DNA from: Octopus vulgaris
Lineage: Eukaryota
Assembly (NCBI GenBank): GCA_951406725.2
Contig: OX597831.1
Coordinates: 73,346,001-73,410,000 of the forward strand
Length of the DNA: 64,000 bases
Reading direction: 5' to 3'
The position numbers were made by a program, and so were the translations under genes. Below the pieces are notes generated by a model. That model worked only from the letters and a program-made list of their open reading frames with translations. It was not told where the DNA came from and did not search any database. Below are positions 10,301 through 24,096 of the stretch, piece after piece. Position 1 is the first letter of the stretch; every line of letters starts with the position of its first letter.

Positions 10301-13300
10301 CACTGTAGATTACAAGGTCTGTTATCCTTGTATTTTGGTAGAGAGAAGTGTGGTCCCTTCTGATGGTTATCATCATCATTATCGTTACAACTTGTTTTGC
10401 TAGGTTCTCATTAGTTGTCTAGGTCTGACTGATCGATATTTCCCATCGCTTGTGACTCGAAAAATCTGATGATGGTAATGCCTGTAATTTTGTGTTAAAA
10501 AGATTGGAGCCTGGGGCATCCATCTGGCACACCAGTCCCCAGTCAAACCGTCCAACCCATGCCAGCATGGAAAGCAGATGTTAAACGATGATGATGATGA
10601 ATGTTCTACAAGCTATTGAATTATGTGTCTAAATCTATAATGGTTGTTTTTGTATAAGTATCTGGCGTAAGTTTTTCTCACCAAAATTAATGCCGTGTGG
10701 GCAAAATCCTTTGGGTGGGAGGTGATGCCCTTCCTGGGCATGCGTGGAAACTTTCACACTGGTAGGCCACATCAATTCCCAGCTGTTACACATGGAGCAC
10801 AAACATGCAGAGCACACTGGTCAGATTTTCATTGTTATGCAAAATGACCAAACACAGTGAGCAGAGAGATTGCATCAAGTTTTGCCAAAAGCTTGGTGAT
10901 ACTTAAGCTCAAATCACCCAGAAGATTCAAAAAGACCTTTGGTGATGATTCCATGAGCAAAACTCAGATCAAGGAGTGGTACAACCACTTCAAATATGGC
11001 TGTATGTACATGGAGAGCAAGACATTCTCAGGTAGGCTATCCTCAAGCCGAAATGAGGAGTCATTGAGGTTTGGCAAATAGTTATGAAATTCTATGGAGC
11101 TTATTACAATCCAAGAAATTTCTCATAAACTGGGAATAAGCAGATCAGTGCATTTAATTTTAATGGAGGATTTGTGCATGTGTCAACAAAATTTGTCTCC
11201 AAGGTGCCAGCAGAGCAGCAGAAGCAACTCCTCATGGAAATTGCTCAGGACATGCTGGACTGTGCAAACTATGACCCAGACTTCATGAAGACCATCATCA
11301 TTGGTGATGAGACATGGGTTTATGGTTCCAGTCTGCCCAATCCATCATCACCAAGGCCCAAAAAATGCACGGGTTGAAAGTGATATGAAGGTAATGTCGA
11401 CCTGTTTCTTTGACTTCCATGCATCGTGAATATGCATCACAAGGCCAAACGGTCAATAATGAATACTACCTGGATGTTGCACGTTGCCTTCACGATGCTG
11501 TGTGTCAAAAGTGGCCAGCTATGTGGGTGGCAAAGAATTGGCAACTTCACCATGATAGTTCACCCGCTCATTCTGCCCACATAATCCAAACTTTCCTGGT
11601 CAAGAACAACACACCATTTCTTTGATTGACTCCCTAATCTCCTGACTTGGCCTCATGTGACTTCTGGCTCTTCCTCAAGCTGAAAACCATGCTGAAAGGG
11701 AAGGCAATTTGAGTCATGAGAGGAAATTCAGAAAGACAATGGTGGAGCTCCATAGAATTCTGGAATGAGCATTTCAGAGATGTTACTAGCAGTAGCAGAA
11801 CCACTGGGAGGAGAAGTGTGTGAATTCTCAAAGGGAGTATTTTGAAGGTGATTGAATAAAATTTGTGAAATGAACAAAATTGTTTGGTTTTCTTTTTTTT
11901 GGTCCAAAGATCACGTATGTTTTGAACTCACCTTGTCTATCATTGAACTCATTAAATTTCTTCTTTTTTCCTTAGGTTCCACTCTAGTGTGGACAGTGGT
12001 CTTTTGGAAGTGATCAGTTCTCCACCTGAATTTTACCCGAATTTAGACAATTTAAAGAGAACACTTGGAGATTCCCAAGACAGAGTTCGGTACGTGTCTC
12101 TTCCATACAAAACATGGCTTGCTTCAACGTATTTTGTTTCTCTTTCTCTCTTAATTTAAAATCAAAATTATTATAAATGAGACACCTTTTCCCGACCACC
12201 ATCACAACATCCCAAATGTTGTTTCAGCCACTGCATGTTTCTTTTTTTTCTTTTTTGTTCCAATGAATAAACTTTGGTAACAGGGATAATTTTCTTTGAC
12301 TTCCAGATGGAGAACGAAGCAAAACTTAGATTTCTCTTTCCTCATGCTCTACGCTAAAAGTAAAGGTGTTTTTTATGCACAGGTAGGTTTGGTTATGTAT
12401 TTCTTCTGGTTTTTTTTTTTCATTTTTTTTTTACTATTTATTAATATAGCTAAGTTGTGTCTGTAATTAAGAAGCTTGCCTCCCAACCACATGGTTCCGG
12501 GTTCAGTCCCACTACTTGGCACCTTGGGCAAGTGTCTTCTACTATAACCTCTGGCCGATCAAAGCCTTGTAAGTGGATTTGGCTGATAGAAACTGAAAGA
12601 AGCCTGTTGTGTATATGTACATGCGTATATGTGTGTATGTGTCTTTGTATTTGCCTCCCACCACTGTTTGACAACTCATGTTGGTTTATGTTCTCTGTTA
12701 CTTAGCAGTTCAGCCAAAGGTACCAACAGAATACCAGGCTTCAAAAAAAAAAAATAAAAAAAAAGATAAAAAATTCTGCAAGTGCCCAGCATGGCCAAAA
12801 ATAACTGAAACAAGCAAGAGATAAAAGATACAGTGAATATTTGGCATAGACACATAGCAAAATAGATTATGTGACCCTCTCCAAATGTGGAAAGGAAACT
12901 GTTTCTAATTATGTTGTTGTTGATGATGAATGTGTTTCATATTTGTTTATGATAAACAGATGTTGAATGTAACAATAAATTTTTCACAGTCTGTAATACC
13001 TCCTCCTTCCTTGTGGTCCTTATTCGAGCCCCTTTCTCCACCAATAATCAGTCCTATCTATGGCCTCCTCCTCCTACTCCTCATCTCTTAAACCTTCCTC
13101 TCTCTTCAGCTTGAAGATGATGTGATATCAAAACCTGGTTATTTTTCAATAATGAAAACCTTCACCCAACAACAAAAGTATGTGGAATGGTTTGTCCTGG
13201 AATTCTCCACATTGGGATTCATTGGTAAGCCGGGTTTTCTTTATTTTCTTAATTCTTTTTTTTTTACTTCTCTTTTTTCTCATCTCTCTCCATTCTTTTT

Positions 13301-15828
13301 GTATAATAATATAGAATAATAATAATGAAATTATTGTATACAGTGCTCAGGTGCACCACAACTTGTGAAAAGTGCGTATAAAGCATATGCAGTAATGTAC
13401 AAATGTCTGTGAAGTGAACAGTGTATGAGCCAGATACATGCTTGCGTGTGTATGGAGGGGAGAAAATCAGGTGTAGTGTTGGCGAATCTCAGAAAGCATG
13501 GAAGTTTTGAAGGATGCAGTGCTCCGACAACTAACAACTGATGCTGGCAGTTTGTTCCATGCTTCAGCAACTCTTAGCGTGAAAAAACGTTTCCGAAAGT
13601 CCTGGAAGGAGCTGTGCTGTTTTCTGACTTTGTAAATATGTCCATGGGTGTTAGACGGGTGGAGTTTGAAAAGGTGCTCAGAGTTATTGTTTGTAAGATG
13701 GTTAGTAATTTTATGGTTGTCTGCCAAGTCAGCTGCCAGACGTCGGAGTTTCAATGTATCCATGCCCAGGGAAGTAAGGCGTTCAGAATATGGCAAATGC
13801 CTGATGGAGGGTATTCTCTTTTTTCTTTCTCTTTCCTTCTCCCACAACAGTACCACGCAGACACACAACTGTGCGGTGAAGAAGTTTGTTTCACAACCAT
13901 TCACTTTTAGTTTCAGTCTCCTTGATTGGTACCTTGGGCAGTTGTCTTCTATTCTTCTGGGTCTATAAATGCATTGCAAATGAATTTGGTGGACAGGAAC
14001 TCTAAAAAGCACGTCTTGCTTGTGTGTGTGTGTGTTTGTGTATTTATTCCTCTTAAAAGCAGTCTGTGTCTTATTGCCATTTCTGTTTCAGGAAAATTAT
14101 TTAAATCCAGTGAGCTGCCAATTTTGGTGGAATTTTTCCTGATGTTTCACACAAGCCAACCCATAGACTGGTTGCTCGACGACTTCCTCACGGTGAAGAT
14201 ATGTAATCCAGATAAAGATAGAGTAAGTGGACGAATTACACTTGGACTTTTTTTAGGCTTTTTTTTAATTTCAAAAATTGGAAGGAATGTTTTTTTGCAC
14301 GTATTTGTTCTGAGTTTTTAAACTCTGCCAAGGTCAACTTTGCCATGTTTATGAAGTACCAGTTAAATACTGTGGGGGGGGGGGGAGATCAATGTAATTG
14401 ATTGGCTACCTCTGCCTGACCCCCCACTCTTCTAAAAGACTGGCCTTCAGTTTAAATTAAAAACCACAATCTTTTTTTCTTCTCTCTTTCTTTCTTTCTT
14501 TCTTTGTCTTTCTTTTCTTTCTTTGTTTTCTTTCTTTCTTTGTTTTCTTTCTTTCTTTGTTTTCTTTCTTTCTTTGTTTTCTTTCTTTCTTTTTCTTTTC
14601 TTTGTTTTCTTTCTTTCTTTGTCTTTCTTTTCTTTCTTTCTTTTTATCTTTCTTTGTTTTTCTTTCTTTGTCTTTCTTTTCTTTGTCTTTTCTTTGTTTT
14701 CTTTCTTTGTTTTCTTTTCTTTGTTTTCTTTCTTTCTTTGTCTTTCTTTTCTTTCTTTCTTTTTATCTTTCTTTGTTTTTCTTTCTTTGTCTTTCTTTTC
14801 TTTGTCTTTTCTTTGTTTTCTTTTTTTGTTTTCTTTCTTTCTTTGTCTTTCTTTTCTTTCTTTTTTTTCTTTCTTTGTTTTTCTTTCTTTGTCTTTCTTT
14901 TCTTTGTCTTTTCTTTGTTTTCTTTCTTTGTTTGTCTTTCTTTTTTTCTTTGTCTTTTTTTCTCTTCCCTCCTTCCTCTGTTTTTTTCTATATTTTCTCT
15001 TCTTTTATGGTTTTATCACCCAGCAACTCCGAAACAGGAGAAAAATGGAGGTATGACAATGCAAATTTCCTGTTCAACTATATATATAGGTACAGGTGTG
15101 ACTGTGTGGTAAGAAGTTTACTTCCCAACCACCTGGTTCCTGGTTCAGTCCCATGGTGTGGCACCTTGGGCAAATGTCTCCTCCTACTATAGCATCGATT
15201 TGGCCAAAGCCTTGTGAATGGATGTGATAGATGGAAACTGAAAGAAGCATGATATATGTGGGTGTGTGTGTGTGTGTGTTGGAGTTTGTCCCCTACCACC
15301 ACTTGACAACCGGTGTTGGTGTGTTTACATCCCTGTAAATTAGCAGTTTGGCAAAGGAGACATAGAATAAGTGGCAGGCTTTAAAATAGAAAGTACTGGA
15401 GTCAATTTATTTGGCTAAAACTTCAAGGCAGTGCCCCAGCATGGCCGCAGTCAGATGACTGAAACAAGTAAAAGATAAACAATAAAAACACATAAGTACA
15501 TACACATGTACACGCATGCATCCTGGAGCGGCATTAAGTGTTAAGTATCGTCCTAGTTTTCTAGTTCACTTTGGCAAGAAGTAACAGGAGGAGGCCTGAA
15601 GGGGCCCCCCATGGAGACACAATATTTTGCATGCATAGCTTTTGTAATTGACATTTAAATACCATCAATATAGTTATTTGTTTTAGGGTAATTTCTGTCT
15701 GTCTCTTGAATAACATTCATCCATTTTTAACAGGGCAAAACTGCTTCCCTTTTAAACCAAACTTAACTCGTTTATAACTATTGCATGAAGTCAAGGAGAC
15801 AGTAACACACATGTTCACAAGCATACAT

Positions 15829-15864
<36 letters not shown>

Positions 15865-16125
15865 TGGCTGGCTTCCGTGCCGGTGGCACGTTAAAAGTTC
15901 CAACCGATCGTGGCCAATGCCGGACCCCCCCCTGGCACCTGTGCAGGTGGCACGTAAAAAGCACCCACTACACTCGCAGAGTGGTTGGCGTTAGGAAGGG
16001 CATCCAGCTGTAGAAACTCTGCCAGATCAGACTGGAGCCTGGTGCAGCCTCCTGGCTTCCCAGACCCCGGTCGAACCATCCAACCCGTGCTAGCGCGGAA
16101 AACGGACGTTAAACGACGATGATGA

Positions 16126-16173
<48 letters not shown>

Positions 16174-17381
16174 GAGGGATGATGTTTTTAGTTTCCATCT
16201 ACCAAATCCACTCACAAGGCTTCGATTAGCCCAGGGCTATAGTAGAAGACACTTGCCCAAGGTGCTGCTGCACTGTGGGGCTGAACCTGAGACTATGTGA
16301 TTGGAGAACAGATTTCTTACCACACAGCTATGCTTGCATCTTGTGTGTGTGTGTATAGTATGTTACTACTGGCTCTCACGCACTCATTCACACGCACTCA
16401 CTCACTCACACACACTCACTCACACTCACGCACTCACACTCACGCACTTACACTTACACTTTGTCATAGAGAACACATTCAATATGCCCAGATTGTCTTC
16501 CTTTCTTTCGCTCATTGTTCTTCGCATGGGAAATTTTTGCATTTGTGTTTGGTTTCTTTCAATTGAAATTTTTTTTTTAAATTTAAATTTAATACTTGTT
16601 ACTTGAGCAAATTTAATCATTGCAGACATATTCCGTCTCTGATGCACATCTGTTAAGAAATATTAGGCAATGAGATAAACAAAGGAAGACAACATAAGAG
16701 GGACGAGTTTTAGCAAATGCCATTAATTTATTGCTTTAAAAGAAAATAGATTTTATGTTTTGAGTATTAGTCATTTATCAGGAAAAAATAGAAGAAAGGG
16801 GGAAAATGTAAAATATAAAAGTGGTTGGAAAGGAAGAAGAAAAAACCTAGGCTTTTAGTGGAAACTGGACAGAACACTGTGTTGGAAACTGGATTGTCAG
16901 ATCAGGGGTATATAAACCCTGTTAACTGTGGTAGGAAGTGGGTAGCCAGAAGCTGGGTAGCCAAATGAAACTTTCACAGCAATTACCTTGAGTTGAATCA
17001 TGTCCATCCTCTGACCGTAACTCACAACAACTGACCAGAGAAGAATAAATGTTGTCTTTAGTTTTAATGAATGATTCGTAGGCCTGACACACCACAACTG
17101 CAGCCACTTGGTCCTTAAATGACTTTTGGTGTGAGTTTCTTCTGACCAGGCCCTATGTCTTTTTCTTAAAATCTTCTGGGTTATGTGTAACTCTTTACTC
17201 TTTTCAGTCATTTGACTGCAGCCATGCTGGAGCATCGCCTTTAGTCGAGCAAATCGACCCTGGGACTTATTCTTTGTAAGCCCAGTACTTATTCTATCGG
17301 TCTCTTTTGCCGAACCGCTAAGTGACGTAAACACACCAGCATCGGTTGTCAAGCAATGCTAGGGGGACAAATACAGACACA

Positions 17382-17435
<54 letters not shown>

Positions 17436-18169
17436 CATATATACGACAGGCTTCTTTCAGTTTCCGTCTACCAAATCCACTCACAAGGCTTTGGTCGACC
17501 CGGGGCTATAGCAGAAGACACTTGTCCAAGGTGCGACGCAGTGGGACTGAACTTGGAACCATGTGGCTGGTTAGCAAGCTACTTACCACACAGCCACTCC
17601 TGCGCCTATAAACTGCATAAATCTCTCCCACAGTCTGAAAGACAGGCCTACCAATAACAAGGGCACCTCCTCTTCGTCTGCTTCCTTTCCTGACAAACTT
17701 TATCAAAGAATGACAAAGAGTTGGGGTGGCTTGAAATGTGTGAGAGATTCCTTCATGTTTGCTTTCGGTTCTGTTAAAGTATGTCCTTGAAACAAGAGAC
17801 TGGGTGTCGATGTTTGATAGTGAAACCACGGGTTGGAGGCATCTTCTATTCTACACTTCTTTAAGCTACGTTATATTTTGATGTAACCCAATACAAGAAG
17901 AAACTGTTGTCTGTCTATAAAGAGTGGGTGGAACATATCACAGTGACATATAGTATAGTTCACTCACACACACACACACACGTGAAAGCTGTTTTAGATT
18001 CTTCTTGTGACCAGTGTACACTCGTGTGCATGCACATACACACGCACATATATACACATGCACACACACTCTTGTTCTCTTTCACACGTCTTCACATACA
18101 GTGTAAGTGCATGTGTTTTAAGTGTGTGTGTATGTATATATATATATATATATATACATACATACATAC

Positions 18170-18211
<42 letters not shown>

Positions 18212-18746
18212 GTAGCTTTGATGATGCAAAAAGTAAAATTAAAGCTCAAATCAGGGGTGTATCTGTTGATTAAATTCATATGATTCTTTTTATTACTGAA
18301 CTGCATTTGGTAGTTGGGTGGGTGGGTGGGGGGTCCTGGTACTGGATTTCCAAGTGTCTGAGGAGTGTAGATGTGACTCTTAGCTTCTCTTGTTCTCAAA
18401 TCTACTCTGACCTGGAGTAGAAGCACCTGTTAGCATCCCAACAACGGTTTAATTAGCATATAAACCATTGGCGCAGGAGTGGCTGTGTGGTAAGTAGCTT
18501 GCTAACCAACCACATGGTTCCGGGTTCAGTCCCACTGCGTAACATCTTGGGCAAGTGTCTTCTGCTATAGCCCCGGGCCGACCAATGCCTTGTGAGTGGA
18601 TTTAGTAGACGGAAACTGAAAGAAGCCTGTCGTATATATGTTTGGAATCTCCACTTATAGAAATGGAAAAAAGGGTCTTTGACTGCCATTTCTAATTCCT
18701 TCGGTATGAGGCAAAACAGCTCGCTGCTAGCCAACTTATTTTTCTT

Positions 18747-18786
<40 letters not shown>

Positions 18787-19061
18787 TTGTGTGTCTGTGT
18801 TTGTCCTCCTAGCATTGCTTGACAACCGATGCTGGTGTGTTTACGTCCCCATTACTTAGCGGTTCAGCAAAAGAGACCGATAGAATAAATACTGAGCTTA
18901 CAAAGAATAAGTCCCGGGGTCGATTTGCACGACTAAAAGGCGGTGCTCCAGCATGGCCGCAGTCAAATGACTGAAACAAGTAAAAGAGTAAAAGAGAGAG
19001 AGAGAGAGAGTGGCAAAACCACCGGGTTCTTATCAGAACTTTCCTTCTAGGAGAAAGTAAA

Positions 19062-19094
<33 letters not shown>

Positions 19095-21371
19095 AGACCC
19101 CAACCTTAAGTGCTGTTCTGGTTTCTGTTTGTCTCGATGTCTGTTGTGCCCCTTGGCTTTTGATCTGGTTGCATTGGGAAGTGGGTTGCATGCTGTGCAA
19201 TATTTTATTCACTCTAAACAAATTCCTGCCGAGGAACTTCTTGTAGATTCAGAACATTCGCACGGACTTATCGTGTTTATGGAGTGGCCCTGCTCAGTCA
19301 TCAGTTGACTTCCACAACACATGCGCACGCATGCACACGCATGCACACACACACACACATGCACGCATCATTTTCTTTTGCTTGTTTCAGTCATTAGACT
19401 ACGGCCATGCTGGGGCACTGCCTTGAAGAATTTTAGCTGAACAAATCGACCCCAATATTTATTTTTGTAAAGCCTGGTCCTTATTCTTTCAGTCTCTTTT
19501 GTTGAACTGCTAAGTTACAGGGATGTAAACACACCAACACTTGGTGTCAAGTGGTGGTGGTGGTGGTGGGGGGACACACACACACACACACATGATGGGC
19601 TTCTTTTAGTTTCCTTCAACCAAATTCACTCAGATGGTTTTGGTCAGCCTCAGGTTATAGGAGAAGACACTTGTCCAAGGTACAGTATGAGGCGGCAAGC
19701 TGGCAGAAACGTTAGCACCCCGGGCGAAATGCTAGCCGTATTTTGTTTGCCGTTACGTTCCGAGTTCAAATTCTGCCGAGGTCGACTTTGCTTTTCATCC
19801 TTTCAGGGTCGATTAAATAAGTACCAGTTATTCACTGGGGTTGGTAAAATCGACTTAATCCGTTTGTCTGTCCTTGTTTGTCCTCTCTGTGTTTAGCCCC
19901 TTGTGGGTAGTAAAGAAATAGGTACAGTAGGATTGAACCCAGAACCTTGGGAGTTCCCTGGTTCTGTACCATTTGGCATCTTGGACAAGTGTCGTTTAGT
20001 AATAATCTCAGCTTAACCCAAACCTGGTGGTGGGGGCACCTTTACTTGTCACAGTGTCAGGCTACCAATTCTGCCTGGAAATTATATTAAGGGTACAAAG
20101 TGTCTGTGGAATTGTCCTTTGATTCTATACAATGATTTGGTCATTGATCTCACAGATGAGAATATTCATCGTTTAAAACTTACTGCAAACCATTTTCTTC
20201 TTTTTCTATTTTTGCAGTTGTATACACTTTGTGTGTGTGTGAGTGTGTGTAATGTAATGTAAGTAGTTTATGTATAGTATTACGTGTATGTAATGTGTGT
20301 GTGTGTGGGTTTGAGAATATGAATATATTGTGTGTATGATTTTTGTGTTTATGGCGAGCTGGCAGAAACGTTAACACGCCGGGCGAAATGCGTAGCCGTA
20401 TTTCGTCTGTCGTTACGTTCTGAGTTCAAATTCCGCCGAGGTCAACTTTGCCTTTCATCCTCTCGGGGTCGATAAATAAAGTACCAGTTACGTGCTGGGG
20501 TCGATGTAATCGACTCAATCCCTTTGTTTGTCCCCTCTATGTTTAGCCCCTTGTGGGTAGTAAAGAAATATATATATACATATATAAAAGCACATGCATG
20601 TGTATATGTATGTATATTTATGTGTGTGTGTGTGTGAGGGTTGAATTAATGTTTGTACGTTTACATTTCAGAAACATTGTGTCCGGATGAAGGAAGAAGT
20701 GCGTAGAAGATACAAACCATCTCTCTTTCAACATATTGGAATTCAGTCTTCTTTGAAGGGTAAAATTCAGAAGTTACAAGTGAGTAATCACAGCATGATG
20801 GTGGTGGTCGTGGTGGTAACGTATTGAAATGAAGGGAGTACTGTGGTGTACTGCTAACATAATACAGGGATCTCCTGGGTGTTCTGGGGTGGCGGCGTTA
20901 ATGCTGGTAGGGCTGGTGGTGGTGGTTTGGGGTTGTGGTGTTGGTGGAGGTAGTTGTGGTGATAATGTTGAGCATTTTTGTGTAACAAATTGTAAGTTGA
21001 GGTGTTAGATTTTCAAAGTCTTCTAATTTTAAGACCAGTCATTCGAGGGATATTTAGCTATTATATCTAGTAGATTTTCAAAGTCTTCTAATTTTAACCC
21101 TTTAGTGTTCACATTATTCTGCCAAAATTAATCCTTTTTTATCCACATTGTTTTGAACAAATCATGCTTTATCTTGTAGTTATGAGATTTTGATGAGGTA
21201 GCTGTTAATTTTTAAAACGATATTGTAGGGTTGGTGTGAGAGACCAGATCTGGCCAGTTTGAACATAAAACAGGCAGAATACTTTTGGCTGGATATGGCC
21301 AGTTTAAATGCTGAAGGGTTATTTAGCTATTATATCTAGTAGGACCGACTGCCATCTAGAAGAAATACCAA

Positions 21372-21439
<68 letters not shown>

Positions 21440-23998
21440 GTCATGTGCATATACATGTACTGCAGGCTTCTTTCAGCCCCTGTCTAGCAAATCCACTCAT
21501 AAAGCACTGGTTGACTAGAATAGAAGATACTTGCTCAAGGTGCCATACAGTGGGACTGAACTTGAAGCCATATGGTTGAGAAGCAAACTCCTTACACACA
21601 CTCTTTCACCTAAGACCCTAATTGTCATTTAATGTCCATGCTCGATGCTGGCATGGGTCAGAAGGTTTGAAAGGGTCCCACAAGTTGTGGCACCTGCACT
21701 TGTGTAAATTGCTTTGTAGCACACATACAAGACTAAGGGCCTAAAGTGGACCCTATGACTGAGGAAGAACAGAAGGGCAGATGATAATTCTAGGTTGTCA
21801 TAGGGATTGATCGATGGTAAGGGGAGAAGGGGGGGGGGAGTATAACGGGGGTGGGTGCAAGCAAGGAAAAGCGAAGTGATTATTGCCAGGGTTGAAAAAA
21901 AAAGTTGTGAGGGGTAGTTGGAAATGTGAGAGGAGGAGTTGTATAAAGTGGGGGGGGGGGGCAGGGCTCTAGCATTATATGTGGTGAGTATGGACTGAAG
22001 ATGTGAGGAGAAGGGATGAAAAAGGTAGCAATAGACTAGGGTGGAGAGAAGTCCTTGGAGTCATTAAAGGAAAGAGGTGGGAGTTGCAGGGGGGATGCTC
22101 AGTGGAGGGGGAAATGAGAAGGGGGGGGGGTTCAAGAGGTTGTGAATCTGAAGTGAGGGAGGGAGCAATTTATGGATATCTTTAGTAGTAGTAGTAGTAG
22201 TAGTTTTCTGTGAGGATTTTGTAACTGAAAGGATTAAATAACTGAAGGTCTACTGTGTGTCTTATTTTCAGGACAAATATTTTGGTAAGGACGGTCTCTA
22301 CCGTGCTCATATCAACCCACATGCAGTGGTCAGTACCTCATTGAAAACCTACCAACAGTTCACATTACAAAAAGCCTACTTGGGAGAGACAATCTTCTGG
22401 GGTATGAGCCCACTGCCTAAAGATATGGTCAAGTTTGAGTTTACACCACCCGTAGTTCTGGAAAGGTAAGTGGTTTTCTGTTTTCATATATGTATGTATA
22501 CATACAAAGTATGAGGGTTTAGTTCACAGGTGATCTAAACGATTACGCAAGGGATGTAACAGATTACTAGGGTTTCAAGGTTGTAACTGAGATGGTAGTT
22601 ATGGAGTCATCACAAATTTCCAATGCAGCGGGTCTATAATTGTTAAACAGGATGTCAAACATTAAGGCAAGGCAATCATCTCAAGTCATATATAATATTA
22701 TTACAGGAAGAATTTCTTACTATAATAATATTGTATATGACTTGAGATGTTTGCCTTACCTTAAATGCTTGATGTCCTGCTTATCAATTATGTCATCATC
22801 ATCATCATCATTTAATGTCCGCTTTCCATGCTGGCATGGGTTGGACGGTTCGACTGGGGTCTGGCAAACTAGGAGGTTGCATCAGGCTCCAGTCTGATCT
22901 AGCAGTGTTTCTACAACTGGATGCCCTTCCTAACACCAACCGCTCTGAGAGTGTAGTGGGTGCTTTTTGTTATGTGCCACTGGCACAAGGGCCAGAGGGG
23001 GCTGTCATCGACCATGATCGGACGGTGCTTTTTACGTGCCACCGGTACGGAAGCCAGTCAAGGCAGCTCTGGCATCAGCTACATTAAGATGATGCTTTTT
23101 TTGTGCCACTGGCATGGGTATCACAACTACAATTTCCGTTTGATTTTTATTTTGATGTTGATGTACTTGACTCAATAGGTCTCCTCAAGCACAGTAGGTC
23201 GCCCTACGATCCAAGGTACTTTTTGGAGTGGGCTGGTTATGCAACACTCGTGTAGGTTACAGCTGTGAAGCCACTTTATTTGCCGGGTCTTCTCAGTCAC
23301 AGCATATCTCCAGGGGTCTCAGTGTTTCGTCATTGCCTCCGTGAGGCCCATCATTCGAAGGTCATGCTTCACCAACTTATTCCATGTCTTCCTGGGTCTC
23401 CCTCTACCCCGGATTCCTTCCACTGTTAAGGAGTGGCACTTCTTCACACATCTCTCCTCATCCAGCCATACTACATGACCATACCAATGCAAACATCTCT
23501 TACACGCCAAATACAATGCTTGTTATGTCTAACATTTCTCTCAGGGTGCTTGCACTCTGTCATGTGTGCACACTGACATTACACATCCAGCGTATCATGC
23601 TAGCTTCATTTCTTTCGAGCCTGCACATGCCCTCTGCAGTCATGGCCCATGTTTCACTGCCATGTAGTCTGGCAGTTTGCACACATTCATCGTACAATCT
23701 ACTTTTCACTCTGAGTGAGAGGTCCTTTGTCACCAGTAGGGCTAGAAGCTTTCTGAACTTTGCCCAGGCTATTCTTATTCTAGTGGTAACACTCTCTGAG
23801 CATCCATCCCCCACTACAGACTTGGTCACCTAGGTAGCGAAAGCTATCGACTACTTCTAGTTTCTCCCCCTGGAGTGTGGTGGAATCTGTTTTCTGAGTA
23901 TCTGTGGTTTTTATTGCCCCTGTGCATCTGCTGCACATGAAAGCTATCTTCCCAGTTAATTTTCCTTTGACGTTGCTGCACCTCATATATACATACAT

Positions 23999-24030
<32 letters not shown>

Positions 24031-24058
24031 GTTTATATATATATATATATATATATAT

Positions 24059-24096
<38 letters not shown>

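Noticed and set aside
14504-15192. F/L/S-rich membrane-protein-like ORFs
   Set aside because: Pyrimidine low-complexity tract.
16651-17950. Possible solo LTR (TG start, tatataaa at ~16909, aataaa at ~17044)
   Set aside because: No TSD, PBS, PPT or second copy found; the motifs are common in AT-rich DNA.
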